Shown here piece by piece: positions 11,121 to 21,766 of a stretch of 51,029 bases of DNA; positions within the stretch are counted from its first letter, which is position 1, and each line of letters opens with the position of its first letter. Source of the DNA: Gekko japonicus (lineage: Eukaryota); assembly GCF_001447785.1 (NCBI RefSeq), contig NW_015164196.1, positions 937,558 through 988,586 on the forward strand, given 5' to 3'. The notes beneath the pieces were generated by a model. That model saw only the letters and a program-made list of their open reading frames with translations, searched no databases and was not told the DNA's origin. The position numbers and the translations under genes are program-made.

Positions 11121-11567
11121 AACAAAGGAGGCACATTCAGCGCATGCAGCCACAGGGTGTCCAAGTGATTCTCACAATTCCCCCAAAAGGTGATTGCACA
11201 ATACATGACAAGCAATAAATGCTATTTATTTTTTCCAGTGGGTAGTTTTTCCATGATTTCTGTCTATCGCCACAGCTCCTGTAGAAATACTGCAGATCCT
11301 GTAGCAGGCAAAATTAGAAAAGCATAGTCCAGTGGGACTTTAGACCTCCCCCCTCCCAACAACAGTCTGCTTGGTTTCATACTGCAAACTGCTTCTCAAA
11401 CTCATTTCAAAAGTGATTCTTTATGCATTCCCAACTTAACAGTTTAGAACACCCTTCTATAGTCTTCACCTAAGAGCTTCCTTTACACCCAGCTAGGCGG
11501 GGCAATAGAGTAGGAAAGGCGATCCTCTTCCATGAATCTCAAAGATGCCTACTTTCTGCACATTCAG

Positions 11568-11734
11568 GGACTTCACCAGGAACCTGGTACCACTTCCCTG
11601 GTTCTGATCGAGCCCAGAAGAGAGTTGGTCATCGCACCTGCCTTTGGAACGACAAGCTCTACCTCATCGGGGGATTTGGGGCTGATGGCAAGACACCCCG
11701 CCCAGAGATCTGCGCTTTAGAGATCTCTGTGTGA
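11568..11734 (+). CDS. KLHDC9: KLHDC9 coding exon 4 (stop TGA 11732-11734; CDS 1047 nt, 348 aa)
   Basis: TTCAG| acceptor; TSPGTWYHFPGSDRAQKRVGHRTCLWNDKLYLIGGFGADGKTPRPEICALEISV*. Confidence 0.95.
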
Positions 11735-12297
11735 AGACAAGGAGCCCATTCTGTTCAAGTGAGCCTCTGATCTCAAGTCTGCCAAAGAGCATCCCTACCT
11801 CAGTGGGGGAAGGTTGTCCTTTGTTTACGGTAAAAAAAAGGCCCCCCCCCCCCGCTTGTCAAACAAGCTTCTCTGGTCTTTCCACAGGGAAATGGGGAGC
11901 AGGGCTGATCAAAATCGTTGACATTACAAAGAAAATGCCTCGGCTTAAGGGGAAAAACAATTTCAAATTTAGGAAGAAAGTTTTATCAAGTTGAAGGCTT
12001 GCTCTCTGCAGCTTTGTAAAATCTAAAACTGATCCACATGGGAAAGACATATGTGAACAGCCTCAATGCCGTGGGTGTGGAGATCACAGGAAATTGTGTG
12101 CCAGCTAACACAAACTCCACATGAAAAAAAGCTGAAATCTATCTACATTATGTACACACGTGTGATTTCACTTGGTTTTAGGGCTATCGTCCATTTAAAA
12201 GAACTCTTAGCCACATGAATGGGTTTTCATCAATTAATGGTATATGAACGATTTGAAGGGGAAAAAAGCAGTTTCTAGGTAAGACATTATCTTACAG

Positions 12298-12512
12298 GAA
12301 GATGGGTAGCCGTGTTAGCCTGTCTGTAGCAGTAGAAAAAAGCAAGAGTCCATTAGCACTTTAAAGACTAACAAAATTTCTTGCAGGGTAGGAGCTTTCA
12401 TGAGTTATCTGAATAGTTATAAAGTATCTGAAGAAATGAGCACTGACTCACAAAAGCCTGCTACAAATTGTGTTAGTCTTTAAGGTGCTACTGGACTCTT
12501 CCTCTTTCCTAC
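12298..12512. mobile_element. Penelope-like fold-back element (inverted terminal repeats)
   Basis: Arms AAGAGTCCATTAGCACTTTAAAGACTAACA / TGTTAGTCTTTAAGGTGCTACTGGACTCTT; 10-bp direct repeat TATCTTACAG on both flanks; degenerate hammerhead core CTGAAGA. Confidence 0.75.
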
Positions 12513-13172
12513 TATCTTACAGCAAACGTCACCGAAGAGACATTCCCTCCTGTGAGAGAAAAGGTAGAATGCCTCTAAGACAGACTTCATTTGTAAAGAT
12601 CATGTTTTTTTTAATGTACACTAAATGTGCTGTCTGATTAATTGGGCATACTTTTTTTTAGTCTATCAAAATTTGCTCAATAGGTTACTGCAACCATTGA
12701 CCAATCATCAAGGCCTTCGTTTTGCTCAATTTCATGGAATAATTTTAAAAGCTATGCAAGTGTCTTGGCAAGTGACAGAACAAAGAGGCACACAAAAACC
12801 CTGCCATTCATGTGCAGTAACTATCTTTGCCATTATAAGGACTATAAGCTTTTTTTGCAATGAAGCAGAGATTGAGAAAATGGAAACCCAACCATCAGGT
12901 TACTCTAATTCTGTGCTCATGCAAAACTGTCACATATGCACAGCTTTACTTACACGGAATAAGCCCACAGTTTCCCCAGCCTGGTATTTTGTCAGTTTTC
13001 TGCCAGTGAGAGAAGTTTCCCGGATCAGCTACAGAGATCCTTTTACACCACAGTTGCCCTAGATTCAACTTGGGACTTTACAGACCTTCTGCTCTACCAC
13101 TGAACAAGGGAGAGAAGGTGATCCAGTACCACTGCCCACCGTCACACCAAAGCAAGTGACGCACAAAAACTG

Positions 13173-13178
13173 TTTATT
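13173..13178 (-). terminator. PFDN2: PFDN2 polyadenylation signal
   Basis: AATAAA on the minus strand ~140 nt after the stop, followed by GT-rich sequence. Confidence 0.8.
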
Positions 13179-13314
13179 TTAACAAAAATACTGTAAAGAG
13201 AGGACACCAAAATAATAATAACAATAATAATATTAAAGTTAAGCCTTTGAGATCAGGAACTGCAACTCTGGAGCGAGAGGTGGAAAGTCCTTAGAGAGCA
13301 AGCCCCTCTTCTCC

Positions 13315-13494
13315 CTAGGAGACCAAGACCCCTGCAGAGCTGGCTTTGGCGCCTGCCCCCTCAGGACTTTCCTTGGAAGGAGCTTTCTGGTCATCCTCGC
13401 CCATCAGACGGATGTTGTGTTTTTCCCGGAATTCATTCAGCTCCCGGCCTTTTGTCTGCAGCTGCTGGCTCAGTGTCTCTATGATCTTGCTGAT
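13315..13494 (-). CDS. PFDN2: Prefoldin subunit 2, exon 4 (stop TAG; CDS 495 nt, 164 aa)
   Basis: ISKIIETLSQQLQTKGRELNEFREKHNIRLMGEDD...GAGAKASSAGVLVS*; acceptor GCACAG. Confidence 0.97.
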   Translation of the reverse strand: MSKIIETLSQQLQTKGRELNEFREKHNIRLMGEDDQKAPSKESPEGAGAKASSAGVLVS

Positions 13495-14139
13495 CTGTGC
13501 AGGGAAGCAGAGCAGGGAAAATGGGTCAGGGCGAGCAGCTGGACAGGTGAAGAGCTCTCTGCAGGAATGGCAGAGAGGAGACTCCCCACTTCCAGTACCC
13601 TCCATCGAGGGAGAACGCTGGGAGCATTTTGCATGTTTCACTGACAGGTGGCGTGGCAAGCCTTCAATTTTGCCGGATTCGCACACTTAGCCTTGTGTGA
13701 CTATTTATGATCCCAGATGGGGGTGGAGCTCATGGGGATATCATTCATCGAGGAGACAGAAGGAATCATGTGTTGGCTGAAATTGACACGACCCTTCATT
13801 TGTGCTTCTGTGCTGCCACAAAACGGCCCCCTGTTTTAACATGTGTCTGCCAGGCATTGTGTGAGTGGGGATCACAAAGACACCCTTCCACACGTTAAGT
13901 CTTAAAAATGTGCACTGGGAGTATTACATATCATATCTGTGTTACAGAAATATTTATTTATATTTATTTATTATATTTGTATCCCACCCTCCCCGCTTTC
14001 GGAGGGCTCAGGGCGGCTAACAACATAAGTATAGATAGATACATTAAAACTCCAATACGTATACTAAAACCAACATTCCATTAAAATTACAATATAAACT
14101 ACAAATACACTGCACATAGCTATAACACAGATGACGACA

Positions 14140-14374
14140 AATAAGTGGTAGCAAGGAAAGTTACAAGTGAGAAGACACGAATCACTGGAAAAGACAATAA
14201 TGCTAATAAGAAAAGTAGAACCAACATGAGATGGATTGGGCTCTATAAAGGAAGCCACAGCCACCCATTTACAAGACCTGAGCAAGGCCGTCAATGATAG
14301 GTTGTTTTGGAGGTCATTATTTCATAGGGTTGCAAAAATCAGAAGCGACTTGATGGCACTTAACACACACACAC
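14140..14374 (+). mobile_element. RTE/BovB-like LINE 3' end
   Basis: SLEKTIML...MRWIGSIKEAT...LSKAVNDRLFWRSLFHRVA, ending in a (CA)n tail. Confidence 0.75.
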
Positions 14375-14382
14375 ATTCCAAG

Positions 14383-14837
14383 CAGAGGTCATTTCGCGGG
14401 GGATCGCAGTTCCCCCGGGGTGAGGTACGGGGGGTGGGGCTTGACAAAGCCCCGCCCCCTGCTTCCGGCCGCCCCGCTTCTGGCCCTCATTCAGCCAGGA
14501 GGAGACAGGAGAAGATGGAGGGTAAGTTGCTTCCTCCATGCCTCTCCCCACCCCTGCCTGCCTGGGGCCAGGGAGGGCCTTCGCGGGACTTCCTTGCACT
14601 CCCGCCGGCCTTGCAGGTCCACCGCCAGGCCCCTCATGGGGCTCGGCAGTGGAGCTACAAGGCCGGCGGTGGCGGCCGGGACCGTTGGGGGCGGGGTATG
14701 TGGCCTTATGACACACTTCCAGTGATGTCAGGGGGTGTGGCCTTATGACACACTTCCGGTGATGTCAGGGGTGTGGCATATGCTAATGAGTTATGCTAAT
14801 GAGTTCCCCTAGCTCTTGTTCTACGAAACGACCCCTG
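14383..14837. mobile_element. GC-rich non-autonomous hAT element with internal ~36-bp tandem repeat
   Basis: TIRs CAGAGGTCATTTCG / CGAAACGACCCCTG; 6/8 TSD ATTCCAAG/GTTACAAG; TGTGGCCTTATGACACACTTCCRGTGATGTCAGGGG twice. Confidence 0.75.
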
Positions 14838-15031
14838 GTTACAAGTGTGCCATTCTTTATGGTCAGTTTGAAAATGGGCACTCATTCCATTGCCTCTGGC
14901 AACTACCAATCACCAGTAGGGGACCAGGTGGAAAGTTCTTGGCAGTTGGAAGAGGGGAGAGGCTAACAACTTCTTAGTCTAAGGGAGATGCACGAAATCT
15001 GAAACCTTCCTACTTTGAACAGAGACGTTAC

Positions 15032-15155
15032 CTGCTCTTTGTTGTTTTCTAAGGCGGGAAGAACCTCCTTGACAGTGCGTTCCACTAACACTCCCCCCAC
15101 CATCCGGTAGCACTTCCTAGTAGGGTCCACCTCCCGGAGAGTTTCAAGGACCAAC
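15032..15155 (-). CDS. PFDN2: PFDN2 exon 3
   Basis: LVLETLREVDPTRKCYRMVGGVLVERTVKEVLPALENNKEQ; 124 nt; AG and GTAACG boundaries. Confidence 0.97.
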
Positions 15156-16107
15156 CTGTGAGGAGAAAGAAATGTGGAAGATCAGTGCATCCTGCACCAG
15201 CGTGCAATAAAGACACCCCCTCACTCTAGAAATCCACCCAGCTAAGAGCCATGCCTGTCAGGAGCCCTCAAGCCACAGAGGAAAGCATTTCTGCTTAATG
15301 CCCTACAGCCAAAAGAAGGCTGCATCACTCACTGCTTTTCTATCACACAGTAAAGGCTGCAAGGTGGCACCTGAGATACATGTTAGGGTCACTAGGTATA
15401 TTTTGAGAAGTTAACTTTTATTTATGGGGTTTACAGCCTGCATTTACGAAATAAAATTTCAAGAAAATTTTAAGAAACAATAAAGAACATCAACATCCAA
15501 AGAAATGGTGAAATTAAAAAAATTATGCGAATGACTGGGAAAAGTCTATCACCTCATCACCCAAACCTAGAGACTAACTTCCAGAAGCTAACAGGAAGGA
15601 AAAAGCTTCCCTCTTCTACTGCAGAGAGAGGCTTAAGTGCACAGCCAGGCAGGGCACTTGAAAGCAGCAACAGAGAAGGTCCTGTTTCTTGCAGAGAAGC
15701 TGGTACTTGAGGAGGGACGTTTCCTGCTGATCTCTGGCCATGTGTGTATGCTAGTTTTGTACAAGAGCCAACATCCCCCAAGACGTGCAGGGCCCAGACT
15801 CTGCATGCAGCAGAATGAGATGGAGGCAAAGCCCAGAGGGGACAGAATAGAGAATATTGTTTTAGACTATGGGTGTGGGATCATATTTCTGAAAGTCTGC
15901 AGGTGTTAACAGAAAGTCTCCCTGCAAGCAGAAAACTAGCAAAGCGGGAATCTGGCTGGGTCTCAACCTCTCTCCCAAATGTGCTGTTGGTGGGAACAGA
16001 GCATGCTTCCCCACCTCATCTCCCACTGCAGCATTACCGCCCACTAGACCACCTCACTCTGGTACAGAGGCAGACCAGTATTCAAAGGATCGCAACAAAT
16101 CCATGTA

Positions 16108-16388
16108 GAAGAAGAAGAGAAGAGATTGGATTTATACCCCGCCCTTCACTACCCAAAGGTGTCTCAGAGCGGCTTACAAACTCCTTTCCCTTCCCCTCCC
16201 CACAACAGACACCCTGTGAGGTAGGTGGGGCTGAGAGATCTCTGGCAGAAACTGCCCTTTTTTCAAGAACAGCTCTTATCAGAGCTATGGCTTGCCCAAG
16301 GTCATCCAGCCAGGTGCAAGTGGAGGAGTGGGGAATCAAACCCGGTTCTCCCAGATTAGAGTCCGCGCACTTAACCACTACACCAAAC
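16108..16388 (-). mobile_element. Full-length young Squam3-like SINE
   Basis: tRNA head TTTGGTGTAGTGGTTAAGTGCGCGGACTC with B-box, core, and (TTC)n tail. Confidence 0.85.
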
Positions 16389-16461
16389 CGCACACTTAAC
16401 CACTACACAGTACAAACTGCGAAGAACACCTATACTTTTAAAATCCCTGCCCAATGCATAC

Positions 16462-16550
16462 TTGTGTTCGTTCAGCTCCATCTCCAGCTCAGCTGCCTTG
16501 GAGGCCAGGCCGCGCTGTTCCTGACGCAGGCGGTTAAATCCAGCCACCAC
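16462..16550 (-). CDS. PFDN2: PFDN2 exon 2
   Basis: VVAGFNRLRQEQRGLASKAAELEMELNEH; 89 nt; acceptor TTACAG, donor GTATGC. Confidence 0.97.
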
Positions 16551-17130
16551 CTGTAAGGAGAAAACAATCAGCTGCAGGCCGCTGGATTAAAACACCCCTC
16601 CCCCACTCAAAGCGGCAACTCAGTTTAATCAAGCAAGAGCTGTTTTTCTTACATTGGTCCTTCCTATCCCCGCCTGCTGTTTCTTTCTACCATCAAACTT
16701 CATGATCTCTGTGGGCTAGCAAACCTGGCTTAATTGTACTGATATTGCTGATTAGCTTGCTTGACACTGGTGTGAGTCCTCCACATCAGCCAAAGAGAAG
16801 GATTAGGTTTGTGGGTCCTTGGAACAACTGTCCACTGCCTTGTCTCATGGTCCCTTGTCTTTCCCTTCATAATCCACACAGGGATGACGTGTTGGGTGTT
16901 TGACGGTTTCAAACACCAACTGCATGCAGTCAGACCTTTTTCTCCACCTGTTTCTAAACTGTTGCACTTCTGGTTCCATTCAGATGATATTGTCCTATTA
17001 ATATCCTTTTCCCAGAATGAAGTTTGAGTCCAGTGGCACCTTTAAGACCAACAACATTTTATTCAACAGCTATAAGCGTTTGTGTGCATGCATACTTCTT
17101 CAGATACAATGAAATGGACATTACCAGTGC

Positions 17131-17978
17131 ATATGTTCCCTCTAAGCTGTGGAGTCTTGTGAGCAAAAATTCTACTTTGTGAGCTACTGGCATTAAAGTT
17201 GTGAGCGAGCGATTTGGCTGCTGCATGAATTACTTTGCTCTGGAACCCTCCTTCCTGAGCTAAGACAAAAATGTGTCAGCCGGAAGCTAAAAAACTGTGA
17301 GCTAGCTCTAGAGATGTAAAATTTCTGGAAATTTTGAAGCTCGGAAAAAAACCCGTTTTTTCCCAGTTTTTTTCGGAAAAAACGCAAATTTTCGGAAAAC
17401 TTGGAAAAAATGCTACATTAGCACTTCTTTTCTTTTTTCTAGATTGAAAGTCATTCTGTTACTTTAGGAACATAAAACATGACTATGGACATTTTTACTT
17501 GGCATGAAATTATCACAACTAGCATATTAAAAATATAGTGTATCCAAACAGTTATTACAAACAGAATACCTGCCCACATGCAAAAACAAAACTGAAACCT
17601 TTTTCTTTTCTCGTGACAATAGCACCTCCTAAAGGAAGAAATGCATCTTGTTCTTGCATTGGAGAGTTCAGTTTGTAACCTAGGACTTGCTTGTTCTCAG
17701 TGCACAGAAATTAGATCAATCTGATACCATATATATATATTTTAGAAATGATTTAGAAAATATTTGAACACCTTGTCTTAAAATATTTTATTCATCATGT
17801 TAAAATAAAACGTTCCATAATCAATTTTTTTCTTTTCTTTTTTCAATTTTTCCAATTTTTCGGAAAAAAACAAAAAGGCTTCAGGAAAAAAATGGGGAAA
17901 AATGGTTTTTTTTCCAAATTTTTCCGGGCCTTCACATCTCTAGCTAGTTCACACTAACTCAGCTTAGAGGGAACACTG
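17131..17978 (-). mobile_element. CAGTGTTCCCTCTAAG-family hAT MITE, split by a second hAT element
   Basis: TGTTCCCTCTAAGCTG ... CAGCTTAGAGGGAACACTG; the halves rejoin when 17309-17950 is removed. Confidence 0.85.
17309..17942. mobile_element. AT-rich non-autonomous hAT element
   Basis: TIRs TAGAGATGTAAA / TTCACATCTCTA; 7/8 TSD GCTAGCTC/GCTAGTTC; subterminal TTTTCC/GGAAAA repeats. Confidence 0.85.
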
Positions 17979-18533
17979 TGAGCAGTAAATTAGCATACAG
18001 CATGCTAAAGATGTCTAACACATTCAAGGACCAAACAGGAATAACAAGCTTAGTTTATATGGTTACCATTTGTTTGGATTTAATTCCGGGGTTGAAAACA
18101 TAGTGAAGAAAATAAATATGTCAAAACTGGAGATTGATGAGCAGATGTATCCTTAATGGTGGAATGCTGAGAGTAATTAACTGGGGTGCTGTCATTACGC
18201 TCCAACCAACTCCTCTCAAGCATGGAGGCAACCTTACAGTATCTTTTTCTATGAAGTGGGGCAACTGGCTGTATAAAGTTATCTCCCCTGTCCCCAGACC
18301 AAAGAAATACATTCCAATCTACCATTCCAAATTACATTACATTCTACTATTCATTATGTTACATTACAATCTAGTATTCTAATCTATTATTCCAATCCAA
18401 ATAAGAAATAAAATACAATAAAGAGGATATATGGCCCCTCTGGGGAATTGGTGAGAATACAGTTGTAAGGGCTGAATGGGGTTAGCATATGTAGTGAGAT
18501 AAAGAAGTATGGACCGGTAATTTCCATTTCATT

Positions 18534-18571
18534 GTATCTGAAGAAATGTGCGTGCACATGAAAGCTTATAC
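18534..18571 (+). ncRNA. Minimal type I hammerhead ribozyme motif (Penelope-associated)
   Basis: GTAT-CTGAAGA-A-ATGTG(CGTG)CACAT-GAAA-GC-TT-ATAC: stem I, core boxes, stem II, palindromic AGCT stem III. Confidence 0.65.
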
Positions 18572-20105
18572 CTTGAATAAAGCTTTGTTGATCTTAAAGG
18601 TGCCACTGGACTCAGACTTTGTTCTGCTGCTTCAGACCAACATGGCTGCCCACCTGAATCTACCCTTTTCCCAGGCATTCTCTATTCCCAGTATGTTCTC
18701 TCTCAAACCTGATCAGTATGATCCAGAAAGAACACCAATCCAAGCATGCTAGCAAGCTATCTGAACAGGAAGGTGTGCATTTTCAAAGGTCTTGCCCACA
18801 TCAGCGCCATTTTCCCTCCATCAGCCCCTAGTGAAATCCATTTTCCCTGCTGCACTACCAAAGGGCTTTAAAAAAAAACACCCGACCACAGGCAATTACT
18901 ATTCCACTACAGTGCAATAACATTATGACAATCTAGTGTCACAGTCTACTAGTTCCTCTGAATTCCTTTAATCATCTTTTAATGACAACTGGGAATTCAG
19001 AGACCCTAGTTGCTCATGGCAACAGATAGTCATGATTTTTTAAAAGTCCTCCAGTACCATGGCAGGGTGAAAATCCAGGAAAAATCGCAGCTGACCAAGA
19101 AAAGACTGCACAAAACTACTGTGTGGATGCTACAATGTCATTGTGCAGTCACAACCATGATAAAAAGCAGTATTCTCACAGGATAGATGCAACTCTTGTC
19201 AACCATCCAGTTAACAGACCACCATATGACTGCAGCAAAATACTCCAAAAAGATGAGAAACGTGGAAAGTTTCCCTTATCGTTTCATTCCGACCAAACCT
19301 TTTCTCAATTGACCCAAAAGCCAACCCAATCCTTCCAGCTTCAGAGTGCTTTCTCTCTACCCACATCCTCCTCACCTTCTTAAAGCCTTACGTAGCCTCA
19401 GTTTTGCTACTGATCCTTATTTCACAGTACAGAGTTAAAGCTAATTTAGTTGCTACTTGAAGATGCTTGCAGTGTCCAGAGATGCTCACCACTTTATCAT
19501 AGCTTCAAAAAAATACCAGCAAGGACTGCTATTTACAACAGATACTCAGCTTTGCTCACACTCAGAGGACCTCTTTTTTCCTGCATTTAAACCTTCCCAG
19601 AAACAGAAAAACAAATAACTAGCTAAATGTGCTGGCTCAATGTTAACACATATCCCTTCAACACAACCTCATTCCTTCAAAAATAATTCAAAATAAATTC
19701 AGGCTTACATGACACCACACAGCCTCCACTCCTTTTCTCAAATACCTCACCTATCCCATGGCTATCCAAAACTGGTCTTTCCAATCCTGCAAAGACCCTA
19801 CTGCAACCCCTTCTCCCCGATTTCAAAGCCAGGCGCTGCAGAACGACCTTGATTACATCATACTCAACACTCTGGACATGCCCAAAGGCACTCCCGTCTT
19901 TCCTCTGAAGACACAGCTAAGCAACACTATCGAAGGACTTGGTTTATATTGGATCTTGTGTACCACACACAGGGAAAAAGCCATGATTTATGCCACGCCT
20001 CGCACTCTGTCCATGGCCAGAGGCACCCCACCCCATCCCATGGCTTCCCCAAGCCTACCACCTCCCTTTGCCTTTTCCCTCTGCTTCGCCTGCTCAGTTC
20101 AGCAC

Positions 20106-20207
20106 CTGCTCTGCTGTCAGGGGCTTGGCAGCACCTCCAGCCGCGGTACCACCTCCCCCACCGGAAGGAGCCGCCGGGCCGCTTTTGCTCTTGCCGCTCT
20201 CCGCCAT
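20106..20207 (-). CDS. PFDN2: PFDN2 exon 1
   Basis: AAAATGGCG start; MAESGKSKSGPAAPSGGGGGTAAGGAAKPLTAEQ; donor CAG|GTGCTG, phase 0 into exon 2. Confidence 0.92.
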
Positions 20208-20847
20208 TTTCCCTCCTAGCGTAAGAGAGAAAGAAACACACAGAACGAACTTAACGGATCTCGAACTTCCGGGGGTTGGAGACCACGAGAGCCCTCGTGA
20301 CCGGAAGTCTCGTTTTCTGCGTCCCTCACGAATTCACTTCCGGGCCACGATCTCCGGTCTCATAATTTCCCCCTTTTACATCCTTAGAAGGAACACCTGC
20401 GAAGTTCTGATTCCCCCGATACCTGCTCTTAATGTTCCCCATCAATTCAGGCGCCATCTTTGTTAAGGGCGTTTAGTGAAGAATTATGCTCTCTAGGTTA
20501 CTAAAGAGCGAAAATAAGTAAACAGAAATGGTCAAGAAGAAACCTGACACCGATTATGGTAACCCTTTCCTCTCTCGTTAAGATCTATCGTCGCCATTTT
20601 TGTTGAGGGTATAGCTTTTTTTCCCTTTTCGACTGCCATCTTTGTTCCGGACTGTGGTTGCCTTGCGTCGCCATCTTAGCTAAGGGACCCCATGTAGTCT
20701 ATGGCATAGAGTGCTCTATCGGCCATTTTTGTTACGGATGACTTTGACTAGGAAGAGCCATCTTTGTTAGAGGCACTGACCGACTTCCTGCTTGGACTTT
20801 TGATCCTGGTCTTGGGGGCGTTCTCACCCGCTTCCGATTTTCTACTC
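20208..20847. promoter_or_regulatory. PFDN2/NIT1 bidirectional CpG-island promoter and 5' UTRs
   Basis: Head-to-head genes; ETS/GABP motifs ACTTCCGG (20265, 20336) and CCGGAAGT (20301); six GCCATYTT YY1-core motifs 20453-20774. Confidence 0.85.
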
Positions 20848-20849
20848 AT
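20848..20849 (+). CDS. NIT1: NIT1 exon 1 coding part (AT of a split ATG)
   Basis: CTCAT|GTACGC donor; joined to the G at 22659 it gives an ATG in frame with all downstream exons. Inferred. Confidence 0.55.
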
Positions 20850-21766
20850 GTACGCATGGGGGGAAGAGGGAGAAGGGTCGGTATGTGGGTGAAGGAAAAG
20901 CGTTGCTTGGTTTTAATAGGATAGAATTTTGGGATATGGGGACGGGGGGGGGGGGGCGGGACGGAGCGTGACACTATTGGGGGTCGGGCAGGAGGGGAAT
21001 GTGATTGAAGACAAACTTCTGGTTGTTATTAGCCTGAAGGGACTCAACGTGACGAGGGGAGAGAGAAAGCTCAAGTCGGGAGCAGGCTCAGGAGAACGCA
21101 GGGCCGAGAGAACTGGGTTGCTGTTCTGTGGAACTCCTTGCCACTGGATGCTGAATGAGGGGGTGCTTTAGCTGCCAGCTTTCAATGGTTTATTTTCACC
21201 TTTGACAATAGCCCAATGCACAGAAACGCAGCTGGTAATGTTTCTTCCCACCCTGTATCTAGGTTAATCTTGCCTACATTGTCCTTTCCTGGAATGCTTA
21301 GAGAAACGGGAGGTTTAAATGCAGCCTCAATTGCTTGTGCCACCTCATTGGCTGGGTTATAATGCCTTTTCTTAACTGTGACCTCTAACAAAATGTGAAT
21401 CAGAATGTTTTCCACTGCCCGAAATTGAGCAAGTTCTGATTTAGCATATCAAATTTTGACTTTAAAATTTAAAAGTAACCCAGCTTAGTTTTATGCCCAC
21501 AAGCAAAAAAAAATAAATTTGAACTGAAATATTTGATCCAGGAGGTAGGGAATTAAGTGTGGGTGAAACGTTCAAACAAAATCAAAATTTAAATTGGGAG
21601 ACTGGGTGCAAATGTTTAAAAACCATATAGATCTCTTTACATTGGTTAAATATAAAACCCAACTCCCACAGGCACTGAAAACTGTTGGCACACTGATAGT
21701 GCCATCTTACGCAGAGTAACTGCAGTTTAAGCCCATTGATTGCAATGGGCTTAGTTTTCATAGGAT

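Larger units (their letters stand above)
17016..18660. mobile_element. Penelope-like element with inverted terminal repeats, hosting nested hAT insertions
   Basis: Arm 17025-17125 (GAGTCCAGTGGCACCTTTAAGA...CTTCAGATACAATGAAATGG) is inverted at 18515-18613; flanking direct repeat TAYCCTTTTCCCAG (17002-17015, 18661-18674). Confidence 0.75.

Noticed and set aside
14236-14748. 170-aa ORF
   Set aside because: Fusion of an RTE tail and a GC-rich hAT element.
16330-16388. tRNA gene
   Set aside because: A/B boxes belong to a SINE head; no full cloverleaf. The same applies to the other SINE heads.
15873-16556. 227-aa plus-strand ORF
   Set aside because: Spans a SINE and the antisense of PFDN2 exon 2; chance open frame.
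18080-18382. Short ORFs inside the Penelope-like element
   Set aside because: No RT or GIY-YIG motifs recognised; probably non-coding element interior.
20453-20774. CRISPR-like repeat/spacer appearance
   Set aside because: Repeats are short and degenerate, spacers irregular (17-122 nt), no cas genes, vertebrate promoter context; treated as a homotypic motif cluster.
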